Source of the DNA: Neoechinorhynchus agilis
Taxonomy: Eukaryota; Animalia; Acanthocephala
Direction of reading: 5' to 3'
Assembly: GCA_051530055.1 (NCBI GenBank)
Contig: CM121341.1
Location: 16,594,784-16,658,783 of the forward strand
Length of the DNA stretch: 64,000 bases
Under the pieces are notes generated by a model. That model was not told the DNA's origin, did not search any database, and saw only the letters and a list, made by a program, of their open reading frames with translations. The position numbers were made by a program, and so were the translations under genes. Below, piece by piece: positions 49,101 through 62,268 of this stretch; position 1 is the stretch's first letter, and each line of letters opens with the position of its first letter.

Positions 49101-52100
49101 ACACTACAACGAACATGAAAACGAATAAAAGCATTGAATATAAAAATTAAAAAGCATCGCGTCAATTTTTTCAAGTGCAATCGATGACGTAAGAATACGT
49201 CCGAACCAAGATGAGCAAGTTAACAGAAGTATTCGCGGCAACTATTAAAGCGAGGACTACGAATAAACGTATTCATCGATGAAAAACCGAAACACTACAA
49301 CCAACATGAAAACGAATAAAAGCAATTAATATAAAAATGAAAAAGAATCGCGTCAATTTTTTCACGTTCTATCGATGACGTAAGAATACGTCCGAACCAA
49401 GATGATCAAGCCAACAGAAGTATTCCCGGCAACTATTAAAGCGAGGACTACGAATAAACGTATTCATCGATGGAAAACCGAAACACTACAACGAACATGA
49501 AAAGGAACAAAAGCATCGAATATAAAAGTGAAAAAGAATCGCGTCAATTTTTTCACGTGCAATGGATGACGTAAGAATACGTCCGAACCAAGATGAGCAA
49601 GTTAACAGAAGTATTCGCGGCAACTATTAAAGCGAGGACTACGAATAAACGTATTCATCGATGAAAAACCGAAACAACAGCGAACATGAAAACGAATAAA
49701 AGCATTGAATATAAGAATTAAAAAGCATCGTGTCAATTTTTTCACGTTCAACCGATGACGTAAGAATACGTCCGAACAAAGATGGGCAAGTTTACAGAAG
49801 TATTCGCCGCAACTATTAAAGCGAGGACTACGAATAAACGTATTCACCGATGAAAAACCGAAACACAACAACGAACATGAAAACAAATAAAAGCATCGAA
49901 TATAAAAATTAAAAAGCATCGCGTCAATTTTTTCACGTGCAATGGATAACGTAAGAATACGTCCGAACCAAAATGAGCAAGTTAACAGAAGTATTCGCGG
50001 CAACTATTAAAGCGAGGACTATGAGTAAACATATGCATCGATGAAAAACCAAAACACTACAACGAACATGAAAACGAATAAAAGCATTGAATGTAAAAAT
50101 TAAAAAGCATCGCGTCAATTTTTCCATGTGCAATCGATGATGTAAAAATGCGTCCGTACCAAGATGAGCAAGTTAACAGAAGTATCCGCGGCAACTATTA
50201 AAGCGAGGATTATGAATAAACGTATTCATCGATGAAAAACCAAAACACTACAACCAACATGAAAACGATTAAAAGCATTGAATATAAAAGTGAAAAAGCA
50301 TCGCGTCAATTTTTTCACGTGCAATCGATGGCGTAAGAATACGTCCGTGCCAAGATGAGCAAGTTAACAGAAGTATTCGCGGCAACTATTAAAGCGAGGA
50401 CTACGAATAAACGTATCCATTGATCAAAAAAACCGAAACACTACAATGAACATGAAAACGAATAAAAGATTTTGATATAAAAATGAAAAAGCATCGCGTC
50501 AATTTTTTCACGTTCAATCGATGAAGTAAGAATACGTCCGAACCAAGATGAACAAGTTAACATAAGTATTCGCGGCAACTATTAAAGCGAGGATTACGAA
50601 TAAACGTATCCATTGTTAAAAAACCGAAACGAACGAACATGAAAACGAACAAAAGCATCAAATATAAAAGTTAAAAAGCATCGCGTCAATTTTTTGACGT
50701 GCAATCGATTACGTAAGAATACGTCCGAACCAAGATGGGCATTTTAACACAAGTATTCGCGGCAGCTATTAAAGCGAGGACAACGAATAAACGTATTCAT
50801 CGATGAAAAACCGAAACACTACAACAAACATGAAAACGAATAAAAGCATTTAATATAAAAATGAAAAAGAATCGCGTCAATTTTTTCACGTTCTATTGAT
50901 GACGTAAGAATACGTCCGAACCAAGATGATCAAGCCAACAGAAGTATTGCCGGCAACTATTAAAGCGAGGACTACGAATAAGCGTATTCATCGATGAAAA
51001 ACCGAAACACTACAACGAACATGAAAACGAATAAAAGCATTGAATATAAAAATTAAAAAGCATCGCGTCAATTTTTTCACGTGCAATCGATGACGTAAGA
51101 ATACGTCCGAACCAAGATGAGCAAGTTAACAGAAGTATTCGCTGCAGCTATTAAAGCGAGGACTACGAATAAACGTATTCATCGATTAAAAACCGAAACA
51201 CTACAACCAACATGAAAACGAATAAAAGCATTAAATATAAAAATGAAAAAGCATCGCGTCAATTTTTTCACGTTCCATCGATGACGTAAGAATACGTCCG
51301 AACCAAGATGGGCATTTTAACAGAAGTATTCCCGGCAACTATTAAAGCGAGGACTACGAATAAACGTATTCATCGATGAAAAAGCGAAACACTACAACGA
51401 ACATGAAAAGGAACAAAAGCATCGAATATAAAAGTGAAAAAGAATCGCGTCAATTTTTTCACGTGCAATGGATGACGTAAGAATACGTCCGAACCAAGAT
51501 GAGCAAGTTAACAGAAGTATTCGCTGCAGCTATTAAAGCGAGGACTACGAATAAACGTATTCATCGATGAAAAACCGAAACACTACAACGAACATGGAAA
51601 CGATTAAAAGCATTGAATATAAAAATGAAAAAGCATCGCGTCAATATTTTCACGGTCAATCGACGACGTAAGAAAACGTCCGAACCAAGATGAGCAAGTT
51701 AACAGAAGTATTCGCTGCAACTATTAAAGCGAGGACTACGAATAAACGTATCCATTGATCAAAAAAACCGAAACACTACAATGAACATGAAAACGAATAA
51801 CAGCATTGAATATAAAAATTAAAAAGCATCGCGTCAATTTTTTCACGTGCAATCGATGACGTAAGAATACGTCCGAACCAAGATGAGCAAGTTAACAGAA
51901 GTATTCGCGGCAACTTTTAAAGCGAGGACTACGAATAAACGTATTCATCGATGAAAAACCGAAATACTGCAATGAACATGAAAACGAATAAAAGCATTTA
52001 ATATAAAAATGAAAAAGTATCGCGTCAATTTTTTCACGTGCAATCGATGAAGTAAGAATACGTCCGAACCAAGATGAGCAAGTTAATAGAAGTATTCGCT

Positions 52101-55100
52101 GCAGCTATTAAAGCGAGGACTACGATTAAACGTATCAATTGATAAAAAAACCGAAACACTACAACGAACATGAAAACGAATAAAAGCATTGAATATAAAA
52201 ATGAAAAAGCATTGCGTCAATTTTTTCACGTTCAATCGATGACGTAAGAATGCGTCAGAACCAAGATGAGTAAGTTAACAGAAGTATTCGCGGTAACTAT
52301 TAAAGCGAGGACTATGAATAAGCGCATTCATCGATAAAAAACAGAAACACTGCAACGAACATGAAAACGAATAAAAGCATTTGATATAAAAATGAAAAGG
52401 CATCGCGTCAATTTTTTCACGTTCAATCGATGAAGTAAGAATACGTCCGAACCAAGATGAACAAGTTAACATAAGTATTCGCGGCAACTATTAAAGCGAG
52501 GATTACGAATAAACGTATCCATTGATAAAAAACCGAAACACTACAACGAACATGAAAACGAATAAAAGCATTGAATATAAAAATTAAAAAGCATCGCGTC
52601 AATTTTTTCACGTTCAATCGATGACGTAAGAATACGTCCGAACCAAGATGGGCATTTTAACACAAGTATTCGCGGCAACTATTAAAGCGAGGACTACGAA
52701 TAAACGTATTCATCGATGAAAAACCGAAACACTAGAATGAACATGAAAACGAATAAAAGCATTGAATATAAAAATTAAAAAGCACCGCGTCAATTTTTTC
52801 ACGTTCAATCTATGACGTAAGAATACGTCCGTACCAAGATGAGCAAGTTAACACAAGTATTCGCGGCAACTATTAAAGCGAGGACTACGAATAAACGTAT
52901 TCATCGATGAAAAACCGAAACACTACAACGAACATGATAGCGAATAAAAGTATTGAATATAAAAATTAAAAAGCATCGCGTCAATTTTTTCACGTGCAAT
53001 CGATGACGTAAGAATACGTCCGAACCAAGATCAGCAAGTTAACAGAAGTATTCGCGGCAACTATTAAAGCGAGGGCTACGAATAAACGTATTCATCGATG
53101 AAAAACCGAAATACTGCAATGAACATGAAAACGAATAAAAGCATTGAATATAAAAATGAAAAAGTATCGCGTCAATTTTTTCACGTGCAATCGATGAAGT
53201 AAGAATACGTCCGAACCAAGATGAGCAAGTTAATAGAAGTATTCGCTGCAGCTATTAAAGCGAGGACTACGATTAAACGTATCCATTGATAAAAAACCGA
53301 AACACTACAACGAACATGAAAACGAATAAAAGCATTGAATATAAAAATGAAAAAGCATTGCGTCAATTTTTTCACGTTCAATCGATGACGTAAGAATGCG
53401 TAAGAACCAAGATGAGTAAGTTAACAGAAGTATTCGCGGTAACTATTAAAGCGAGGACTATGAATAAGCGCATTCATCGATAAAAAACAGAAACACTACA
53501 ACGAACATGAAAACGAATAAAAGCATTTTATATAAAAATGAAAAAGCATCGCGTCAATTTTTTTCACGTTCAATCGATGAAGTAAGAATTCGTCCGAACC
53601 AAGATGGGCAGGTTAACATAAGTATTCGCGGCTACCATTAAAGCGAGGACTACCAGTAAACGTATTCATCGATGAAAAACCGAAACAATACAACGAACAT
53701 GAAAACGAACAAAAGCATTGAATATAATAATGAAAAGGCATCGCGTCAATTTTTCACGTTCAATCGATGACGTAAGAATTCATCCGAACCAAGATGGGCA
53801 GGTTAACGGAAGTATTCGCGGCAACTATTAAAGCGAGGACTACGAATAAACGTATTCATCGATGAAAAACCGAAATACTGCAATGAACATGAAAACGAAT
53901 AAAAGCATTGAATATAAAAATGAAAAAGTATCGCGTCAATTTTTCACGTGCAATCGATGACGTAAGAATACGTCCGAACCAAGATGAGCAAGTTCACAGA
54001 AGTATTCGCTGCAGCTATTAAAGCGAGGACTACGAATAAACGTATCCATTGATAAAAAACCGAAACACTACAATGAACATGAAAACGAATAAAAGCATTG
54101 AATATAAAAATTAAAATGCATCGCGTCAATTTTTTCACGTTCAATCGATGATGTAAGAACACGTCCGTACCAAGATGAACAAGTTAACATAAGTATTCGC
54201 GGCAACTATTAAAGCGAGGACTACGAATAAACGTATCCATTGATAAAAAACCGAAACACTACAAGGAACATGAAAACGAATAAAAGCATTGAATATAAAA
54301 ATTAAAAAGCATCGCGTCAATTTTTTAACGTTCAATCGATGACGTAAGAATACGTCCGAACAATGATGGGCAAGTTAACAGAAGTATTCGCGGCAACTAT
54401 TAAAGCGAGGACTACGAATAAACGTATTCATTGATGAAACACCGAAACACTACAACGAACATGAAAACGAATAAAAGTATTGAATATAAAAATTCAAAAG
54501 CATCGCGTCAATTTTTTCACGTGCAATCGATGACGTAAGAATACGTCCGAACCAAGATGAGCAAGTTAACAGAAGTATTCGCTGCAGCTATTAAAGCGAG
54601 GACTACGAATAAACGTTTTCATCGATTAAAAACCGAAACACTACAACCAACATGAAAACGAATAAAAGCATTTAATATAAAAATGAAAAAGCATCGCGTC
54701 AATTTTTTCACGTTCGATCGATGACGTAAGAATACGTCCGAACCAAGATGGGCATTTTAACACAAGTATTCGCGGCAACTATTAAAGCGAGGACTACGAA
54801 TAAACGTATTCATCGATGAAAAACCGAAACACTACAACGAACATGAAAACGAATAAAAGCATTGAATATAAAAATGAAAAAGCATCGCGTCAATTTTTTC
54901 ACGTTCAATCGATGACGTAAGAATGCGTCAGAACCAAGATGAGTAAGTTAACAGAAGTATTCGCGGTAACTATTAAAGCGAGGACTATGAATAAGCGCAT
55001 TCATCGATAAAAACAGAAACACTACAACGAACATGAAAACGAATAAAAGCATTTGATATAAAAATGAAAAAGCATCGCGTCAATTTTTTCACGTTCAATC

Positions 55101-57570
55101 GATGAAGTAAGAATACGTCCGAACCAAGATGAACAAGTTAACATAAGTATTCGCGGCAACTATTAAAGCGAGGACTACGAATAAACGTATCCATTGATAA
55201 AAAACCGAAACACTACAACGAACATGAAAACGAATAAAAGCATTGAATATAAAAATTAAAAAGCATCGCGTCAATTTTTTCACGTTCAATCGATGACGTA
55301 AGAATACGTCCGAACCAAGATGGGCATTTTAACACAAGTATTCGCGGCAACTATTAAAGCGAGGACTACGAATAAACGTATTCATCGATGAAAAACCGAA
55401 ACACTAGAATGAACATGAAAACGAATAAAAGCATTGAATATAAAAATTAAAAAGCACCGCGTCAATTTTTTCACGTTCAATCTATGACGTAAGAATACGT
55501 CCGTACCAAGATGAGCAAGTTAACACAAGTATTCGCGGCAACTATTAAAGCGAGGACTACGAATAAACGTATTCATCGATGAAAAACCGAAACACTACAA
55601 CGAACATGATAGCGAATAAAAGTATTGAATATAAAAATTAAAAAGCATCGCGTCAATTTTTTCACGTGCAATCGATGACGTAAGAATACGTCCGAACCAA
55701 GATGAGCAAGTTAACAGAAGTATTCGCGGCAACTATTAAAGCGAGGACTACGAATAAACGTATTCATCGATGAAAAACCGAAATACTGCAATGAACATGA
55801 AAACGAATAAAAGCATTGAATATAAAAATGAAAAAGTATCGCGTCAATTTTTTCACGTGCAATCGATGAAGTAAGAATACGTCCGAACCAAGATGAGCAA
55901 GTTAATAGAAGTATTCGCTGCAGCTATTAAAGCGAGGACTACGATTAAACGTATCCATTGATAAAACCGAAACACTACAACGAACATGAAAACGAATAAA
56001 AGCATTGAATATAAAAATGAAAAAGCATTGCGTCAATTTTTTCACGTTCAATCGATGACGTAAGAATACGTCCGAACCAAGATGGGCATTTTAACACAAG
56101 TATTCGCGGCAACTATTAAAGCGAGGACTACGAATAAACGTATTCATCGATAAAAAACCGAAACACTACAACGAACATGAAAACGAATAAAAGCATTGAA
56201 TATAAAAATTAAAAAGCACCGCGTCAATTTTTTCACGTTCAATCTATGACGTAAGAATACGTCCGTACCAAGATGAGCAAGTTAACACAAGTATTCGCCG
56301 CAACTATTAAAGCGAGGACTACGAATAAACGTATTCATCGATGAATAACCGAAACACTACAACGAACATGATAGCGAATAAAAGTATTGAATATAAAAAT
56401 TAAAAAGCATCGCGTCAATTTTTTCACGTTCGATCGATGACGTAAGAATACGTCCGAACCAAGATGGGCATTTTAACACAAGTATTCGCGGCAACTATTA
56501 AAGCGAGGACTACGAATAAACGTATTCATCGATGAAAAACCGAAACACTACAACGAACATGAAAACGAATAAAAGCATTGAATATAAAAATGAAAAAGCA
56601 TCGCGTCAATTTTTTCACGTTCAATCGATGACGTAAGAATACGTCCGAACAAAGATGGGCAAGTTAACAGAAGTATTCGCGGTATCTATTAAAGCGAGGA
56701 CTATGAATAAACGTATTCATCGATAAAAAAACAGAAACACTACAACGAACATGAAAACGAATAGAAGCATTTAATATAAAAATGAAAAAGCATCGCGTCA
56801 ATTTTTTCACGTTCAATCAATGACGTGAGAATACGTCCGTACCAAGATGAGCAAGTTAACAGAAGTATTCGCGGCAACTATTAAAGCGAGGACTACGAGT
56901 AAACATATTAATCGATAAAAAACCGAAACAATACAACGAACATGAAAACGAACAAAAGCATCGAATATAAAAGTGAAAAAGCATCGCGTCAATTTAGTCA
57001 CTTGCAATCGATGACGTAATAATACGTCCGTACCAAGATGAGCAAGTTAACGGAAGTATTCGCTGCAACTATTAAAGCGAGGACTACGAATAAACGCATT
57101 CATCGATGAAAAACCGAAACACTACAACGAACATGAAAACGAATAAAAGCATTTAATATAGAAATGAAAAAGCATCGCGTCAATTTTTTCATTTGGAATC
57201 GATGACTAAAGAATACGTCTGAACCAAGATGAGCAAGTTAACAGAAGTATTCGCTGCAGCTATTAAAGCGAGGACTACGAGTAAACGTATTCATCAATGA
57301 AAAACCGAAACAATACAATGAACATGAAAACGAATAAAAGCATTGAATGTAAAAGTTAAAAAGCATCGCTTCAATTTTTTCAGGTTCAATCGATGACGTA
57401 AGAATACGTCCGAACAAAGATGGCAAGTTAACAGAAGTATTCGCGGCAACTATTAAAGAGAGAACTACGAATTAACGAATTCATCATTAAAAACAGAAAA
57501 ACTACAACGAACATAAAAAAGAATCAAAGCACTGAGTTGAGAAGTTAAAAAGCTTCGCACCAATTTTTTT
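28160..57570. repeat. 191-bp tandem satellite array, about 154 monomers (about 29.4 kb)
   Basis: The motif gcaagttaac recurs at 28181, 28372, 28563, 28754 and 28945 (period 191). Hand consensus: ccgaaccaagatgagcaagttaacagaagtattcgcggcaactattaaagcgaggactacgaataaacgtattcatcgatgaaaaaccgaaacactacaacgaacatgaaaacgaataaaagcattgaatataaaaattaaaaagcatcgcgtcaattttttcacgtgcaatcgatgacgtaagaatacgt. Edge monomers are more diverged. Confidence 0.99.
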
Positions 57571-58744
57571 GTTAACTGCAGATTTTATATTCCTAAACCG
57601 AATACATCTACAAAAAGACTGCTTTCAATTTCAATAAAAATTTCTTGAAGACGTTTCACTTCTAAATTGATTTTCAATCTAAATTGTTATTAACTTATGA
57701 AAGTTAACATCGGAACGGATGAACATCTTTGTCCTCCGTTTGCTCGACTGATAAAAATGTAGTTTTCTGCGTGGGAGTCCTTTGTTGTTTTGACCAACTA
57801 TTTTCCAACCTTGGTTAAAAATTCTGCGGTTCTTTGTCCGATAGTACCATTTGTCTTAATAGCAAGATGTCGTGAAATGATGAGCGACGGATCAAGTCAT
57901 TTGTATTTGTCTTTTTTCGACTCAGCTTTTTAATATGCGATTTGATAAAAAGAAAGACCTTGGGATTTATGAAATTTATTGTGATACAAAGTAGTTGATC
58001 GGCATTGGACTTAATTTATGAAATGGATTTTGAATTCTTAGATATTATATAGTATAAATATCAGTTTTTGATTGATATAATAGCTGACCACCTGAGAAAC
58101 CAAGCTGAGTCCAGCTTGTAGGGGAAGGGAGGGTAAATTAAAAATGGGTCATACGAATTACTTTAAATCACGAATTGATTTCATTAAATTTGAAAGGTTT
58201 ATCCAATGGGACAAAATGCTGCGAGAACTCCCACAGATAGTTACAACCAAATCGATCATAATCGAGCAGAGAATTGCATATAGGGATGAAAAATTTTCCG
58301 ATAAAGGTATTTGATTGACTTTATTTTTATATTACTCTCAGTGGAATTAACGTCCTCGGGGATTGGTCCAACGTGGAATTCAACACGGGTAAAATGAACC
58401 CCGAGAGAAGTCGTCGTATTGAATGTCACACTCTTAGCATTGTACTATATAGTTCCTTCCTTCTATGGTTCATAAACGCCTAAATCGTGTCAAACGTGTT
58501 AGAAATAAACACGTTTAAAGCTATGGTGGAATAGATGATGATTAAGAGTTTGGAAACATTTCTTAATTAACCCAGACTGCATGAATTCTCCAATGTTTTG
58601 CTTAGCAATTATTAAGAAAAATTCTCCTTTGGAATGTTACGCAACGAGCTGAGTGATCTTTTGAGAAACGGGTCAAAGATTCCAAAACCGGGGCACGCTC
58701 ACTCAACTCATCCACGCGGATATGGGGACAAAAACCAACCTGAA

Positions 58745-58917
58745 AATGCCGATATGTGAGGTACTGAGGAATGTGATTGGAATTATTGTTTAGGTCTACA
58801 CCCGGTAAATGATTATTTATTAAAGACGTTTCGAACCTCGTCGGGTTCATATCCACGAGGTTGGAAACGTCTTTAATAAATAATCATTTGCCGGGTGTAG
58901 ACCTAAACAATAATTCC
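58745..58917. repeat. Near-perfect foldback element: 63-bp arms (58779-58841, 58855-58917), 13-nt loop
   Basis: Only 2 non-Watson-Crick positions in 63 bp; second copy at 1570-1735. Confidence 0.9.
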
Positions 58918-59261
58918 AAAAAAACTCAATCAGATTCCATCACCTGTCGCTCCACCATATTAGGTTCCATCAGAACTCCGCATAAATCGCCCGAAGATCA
59001 GAAGATTTTTCAGCAAAGGGATGAAACACACTATTATCGGAACATTTTGTTACGACTCGTCGGCCATTTATACCGCTTTCGTCTGAGTTCAAAGAGTACC
59101 CAGTTGTGATTGGTGTTGTTAATAGTATTTGTATTGCCCTTAACCAGAAAAAGGAGCCATCTTACATTAAAAAATTTATATAATTGATGGAAGGCATCTT
59201 CGTTGCGTACTCGCATTGTTTAGTATAGATAGATTTTTCCAAAACGTTCCCGAGTACGATG

Positions 59262-59310
59262 TTTTATTTTGTCCGAATTTTCGCCGCTTCACGGCTTCTT
59301 CGGGGACTCC
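59262..59310 (-). ncRNA. Minimal Penelope-type hammerhead ribozyme motif (CCGAAGA core variant)
   Basis: Minus strand gtcc-CCGAAGA-a-GCCG-tgaag-CGGC-GAAA-ATT-C-ggac: perfect 4-bp stems I and II, palindromic AATT for a dimeric stem III, then aataaaa. Confidence 0.65.
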
Positions 59311-59339
59311 CTCGCTTACTTAAAGGCTCCTCTCTTCAA

Positions 59340-59560
59340 TTTACGAGTACTCCGGAGATTTTCCAACGATTTGTTGTGTGTCATTGTGCACTCATCCCGA
59401 ACACAATAACCTAACACGTTTTTAAAACCTGTACCTTTGCTATATTGCATGAGTTTAGAGGTAACTTTAGTGCTGATTGTGCTGTACCACCTCCATCCAA
59501 CAGCGTGGTAACAATCCCTGAGGAAGCGATGGTGACCGTGACAGTTCCCGATTGGTATTA
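59340..59560 (-). mobile_element. Helitron RepHel PIF1-like helicase fragment, decayed
   Basis: Minus strand IASSGIVTTLLDGGGTAQSALKLPLN...DECTMTHNKSLENL corresponds to the ASSGIAATLL.GGRTAHS.LKLPL / WDE..M.H...LE motifs. Confidence 0.75.
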
Positions 59561-59911
59561 TTTGAAATATAGTCATAAGATATTTGTTGATCGTGGTTGG
59601 GAAGAGGTTTCATGTTATGTTCATATTGTCATAGTTCCTTGCCATTATAGTTCCTTTCTCTGAGATGCTCCGTTTTGAGAGCGTGTTGGTCATTTTGTTG
59701 TGGGACTGTACACCCAATTGCAACAGCGTTTTGTTATTGATGGCTAATATATTCTAATAATATAAAGATAAAACGTAAGGTCCACAACTGGGTTATTTTG
59801 GCGACCTTTACCAAATCTTCTCTATTGTTTTAGCAATATTTGTCCAATAAAGTTTAAGGATTTAAAAGATTGCATTTTCTCGCTTCTTTACCGCGGTCAC
59901 GTGATTTTTTG

Positions 59912-60385
59912 ATGACGAGAAGAAAAGAGATTGATTTATTAATTGTCAATATTTCGTCCGTCTTATCGGAATTCTTCAGGTTGTTTAAGTGTCTTATTCG
60001 CACAGTGCGGCCAATTCAAGTGCTAGAACGAAGTTTTTTACAACATTTTTACCATTACTACCCAAGAATTATTTGTACTTTTTGTGATTCTAATTTCAAG
60101 TCCAAGAAATATGCCTATTATTTGATTTTTCCTCCCATCATCGAAATTTTAATTAAAAAAGGTGTACTTGAGGACCAAAACACACGTGAGAGAGCGGAAT
60201 TGATTTCTGATTTTAAAATTTCTGCTAAAGGAGACATAAGCGTAAAATTGAAGCGATTAAAAATAATGATTGCGATACTGATGGATCGGATTAGTTCACT
60301 GAAATACGCAGATTCGTTTGAAAACGTTATAATAGAATTTCGTCGCAATGTTTGGCCGGTATCGTTTAAAGGTATTTCCATATAA
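59912..60385 (+). CDS. Orphan ORF, 157 aa from ATG 59912
   Basis: 171-codon stop-free frame in AT-rich DNA; no recognised motif; GTCACGTGA E-box just upstream. Confidence 0.35.
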   Translation: MTRRKEIDLLIVNISSVLSEFFRLFKCLIRTVRPIQVLERSFLQHFYHYYPRIICTFCDSNFKSKKYAYYLIFPPIIEILIKKGVLEDQNTRERAELISDFKISAKGDISVKLKRLKIMIAILMDRISSLKYADSFENVIIEFRRNVWPVSFKGISI

Positions 60386-60600
60386 ATATCCCATAGTCAC
60401 TTTGATGCGATGGCAGCGGTGTTGGTTGCGTGAGGTTTCATTATCCTTGTACGTTAGTGTTCATGTATTCATCGTAAAGGATGAAACGGCATTTGCATGA
60501 CACCTGTTTGTTGCCACGAAAGTACAGATTTAGTCAACAACTCATTGTGTGTGTCATTTTCCGAACGAGTTTCACTTCTCCGGCGTTTAAGATTCATTAG

Positions 60601-61237
60601 ATGTACAAGCAAGCTCCATACTTTGATGAGAGTTCAATGTTTATTTCAACGATTGCGGGAATGTACACGATGAAGTCGTACACTGACGACATTGATCGCA
60701 GACTATTCCAAAACTCCAGTCCTGTTAAACCTGTTGAAATCTCCATATTTTTGAATAAACACTCTCGAATGAATCAATGCGTTCAATACGCTCTCGCGGT
60801 GCTTTTTGCTGGCAACGTAAAAGTGAACGTGGAATCGCAGCACAATGGAATCCCGTACGCGGTTATTGGCGATTGCAACCAACATAAAGGGTACCCGATA
60901 TTTAGAAAAGCGCTCAGAACTATCATTCTACGGATTTCTTTTCAAGATAGTTCTGACGGATACAGAAGTGTTGATCGTAGTAAAACTTGTTGATATGATG
61001 TTCGATGACAGGCGCTTGGATCGAGTTGATCGAGTGCTGGAGATGGATTGGGTTGAGAAGATAAATGGTGCTGCGGATAAGAAACAGCTTGTAGATGAGA
61101 TTAGTGGAAATATAGGTGAAGGATTTGTTTGTGGTACAAAGAAACCATCTTCCATAGATATTATAGTCTATGGTTTGACTAATGGTGATGTGACTAACAC
61201 TAGGTGGGGATCCATGATGGAGAAACTTAGACTTTAA
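60601..61237 (+). CDS. AIMP2/p38-like GST-fold protein; one intron of uncertain position near 60817-60947
   Basis: N-terminal MYKQAPYF...MYTM resembles the AIMP2 start; C-terminal MDWVEK...FVCGTKKPSSIDIIVYGL is GST-C-like; two overlapping frames need a splice; ATG directly follows ttcattag. Confidence 0.45.
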
Positions 61238-62268
61238 ATAAACAAGTTGGCGTGGCTCTTTCGCGAACGATTAAAATTGGAAAAGTTTTGGCGATTTCGG
61301 TAATCGAATGAAGCACCATCGGATAAGTCAGTGGATAAAAAATGTTTTGGACGTCCTGCACTATGCTTTGTTTGTTGTCTTGATTACGAATCCGAGCCTT
61401 TGTTTCTGGGCTTTATGCTCCGTTGTTCAAGTATACACTTAATACTCATTGAGCCACCGCTACTTACGGCTTTCGAAAAGTTTGACGTCGTCCAACTAAG
61501 AGTTTTACATCTTAATTTTTAAGCACCTCAAAAAATAATAGATCATTCAAAATCGCATGCTCTATTTTTAGAATATCAAAAACAATCTGTTAACATCAGT
61601 TTGTTCGGACTCTAAAATCAATGATCATCAAACTGTTTTTTGTGATAAGATCTTAATCAAAATGTCAAATTAAACGTTTTGACTCACTTTATTTGCTCGT
61701 TGCAATAAACGTTAAATAAGCATTTGGAGAAATCAAGAAAATTTTTCGAAAGTGTTTTAAATAATATATTCTGAACAAGCGTAGAAAAAGGTGCTCAATA
61801 TTCTAAAACAATTAATCGATTGAGTCTATATTATTTGACAAAGACGGGTTCGTTTTGTGAGATCATTGATGACTACGATCTCTCCGTGTTTATACAGAAT
61901 TCCGTTGTGATTCGTGCCCTTGTTTTTAATAAGTTATTGTTAAAGTGTAGACCATTTTTTTATTAGATTTCATTTTGCCTTCACATAAACATCCATGACT
62001 TTTTCCAAAATGGCCGCCAAACTACTATTTCTGATTTTTCGCTTAGCGTCAATGCAGATTGCAATCAATGTTTTTGTAATGAGTCACATTTCTGCAATGG
62101 TAGCAGTCGAACGAGACTCATTTTTTTGTTTCAGGGCCAAGAATTGTACATTGTTTCCTCTCTCAAAGTTTACATGTGAAACCGAAAACCTAAAGAATGA
62201 ATGTTCACATTCGTTCTATGACATTGAAAAGGTTCCTTTACTCTGTGCGCTAAAGAGGTCAGACATCA

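Noticed and set aside
29475-57426. Dozens of minus-strand 60-130 aa ORFs in the track
   Set aside because: They are stop-poor readings of the T-rich strand of the satellite, broken by homopolymer indels; no coding signal.
28160-57570. Satellite as an SL RNA or snRNA gene array (GTAAGA donor-like site inside a GACGT-aagaat-ACGTC hairpin)
   Set aside because: No Sm site (AU4-6G) follows the donor, the putative exon ends in AC rather than AG or TG, and monomers vary freely, including at this site.
28160-57570. CRISPR-like array
   Set aside because: No unique spacers; the whole unit repeats; the context is eukaryotic.
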